A stretch of DNA of 60,444 nucleotides, the filler included, from Nitrospinae bacterium RIFCSPLOWO2_12_FULL_45_22 (GTDB taxonomy: Bacteria; 2-12-FULL-45-22): the NCBI GenBank assembly GCA_001803565.1. It is 7 parts of 7 records of this genome, joined end to end, with 100 filler letters (N's around TTAATTAATTAA, not from the genome) between each part and the next. Parts side by side here need not be neighbours in the genome. Positions count along the whole stretch, not along the records: positions 48,609 to 60,444 come from MHDQ01000111.1; 6 more parts are not named here. One strand, given 5' to 3'. The notes under the pieces are model-generated. The model worked only from the letters and a program-made list of their open reading frames with translations. It was not told the origin of the DNA and made no database searches. The translations under genes and the position numbers were made by a program. This document shows positions 60,064-60,444 of the stretch, in pieces; position 1 is the first letter of the stretch; every line of letters starts with the position of its first letter.

Positions 60064-60444
60064 ATGAGGGTACTTAAACGGGTATCTATTGAGGATATAA
60101 ACCTGAATGATCATAGGTTTGTTTTTAGCTATCCCCTTTCTTACCAGCGATTATACAACTCCATAAAGGAGATAGGTCTCATATCCCCGGTGCTTTTAAG
60201 GGGAGAAGGGTCGCCCTACCAGGTCATAGATGGCCTCCAGAGGATATTAGCCTGCCAGAAAGCCCGGGTGCCATCTATTGAGGCCCTTATCTATCCCGAA
60301 GATAGCCTGGATGAGCTGGGGGGCTTTCACCTGGCTATCCATCTGAATATCCATAACCGCTTTTTAAACCCCATAGAAAAGGCCATAATCCTTTATAAGC
60401 TCCTGAATCAGTTCCAGATAGACCCAGAAAAGATCATCCAGCAT
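60064..60444 (+). CDS. ParB N-terminal domain protein, runs off the window
   Basis: Manual translation ..LYNSIKEIGLISPVLL..YQVIDGLQRILAC..LNPIEKA. Confidence 0.8.
   Translation, partial: MRVLKRVSIEDINLNDHRFVFSYPLSYQRLYNSIKEIGLISPVLLRGEGSPYQVIDGLQRILACQKARVPSIEALIYPEDSLDELGGFHLAIHLNIHNRFLNPIEKAIILYKLLNQFQIDPEKIIQH

Overview
The window is not one continuous locus. It consists of seven short assembly contigs joined by 100-nt N/TTAATTAATTAA linkers (10016-10115, 17412-17511, 24284-24383, 31161-31260, 39954-40053, 48509-48608), plus two internal gaps. Gene content points to an anaerobic diderm (LPS-making) bacterium, probably a deltaproteobacteria-like MAG; this is inference. Ordinary content: LPS glycosyltransferases, pyrE, yvcK, acs, lutABC, acyl-CoA metabolism (thiolase/DUF35, acyl-CoA dehydrogenases, 2-hydroxyacyl-CoA dehydratase subunits), AddB-like, DnaJ-like, AsmA-like, and many intact or decayed toxin-antitoxin genes. 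The best novel-system candidate is 52481-59392. It encodes a Sec-exported TPR + C39 cysteine peptidase + RHS protein carrying a textbook double-glycine leader motif (LSEKEMERIRG-A) directly behind its own C39 domain. Downstream lies a secreted PPC-repeat protein with an isolated YD-repeat segment. Also notable: an integron cassette (FRG gene + attC) followed by a twice-disrupted hicA; two MITEs with target-site duplications; 24-39 bp palindromic in-frame insertions in coding sequences; a patatin-ferredoxin fusion; and a TPR-SNF2 helicase/YqhG-like pair. No rRNA, tRNA or CRISPR array was seen. All calls come from motif reading; no searches were run.
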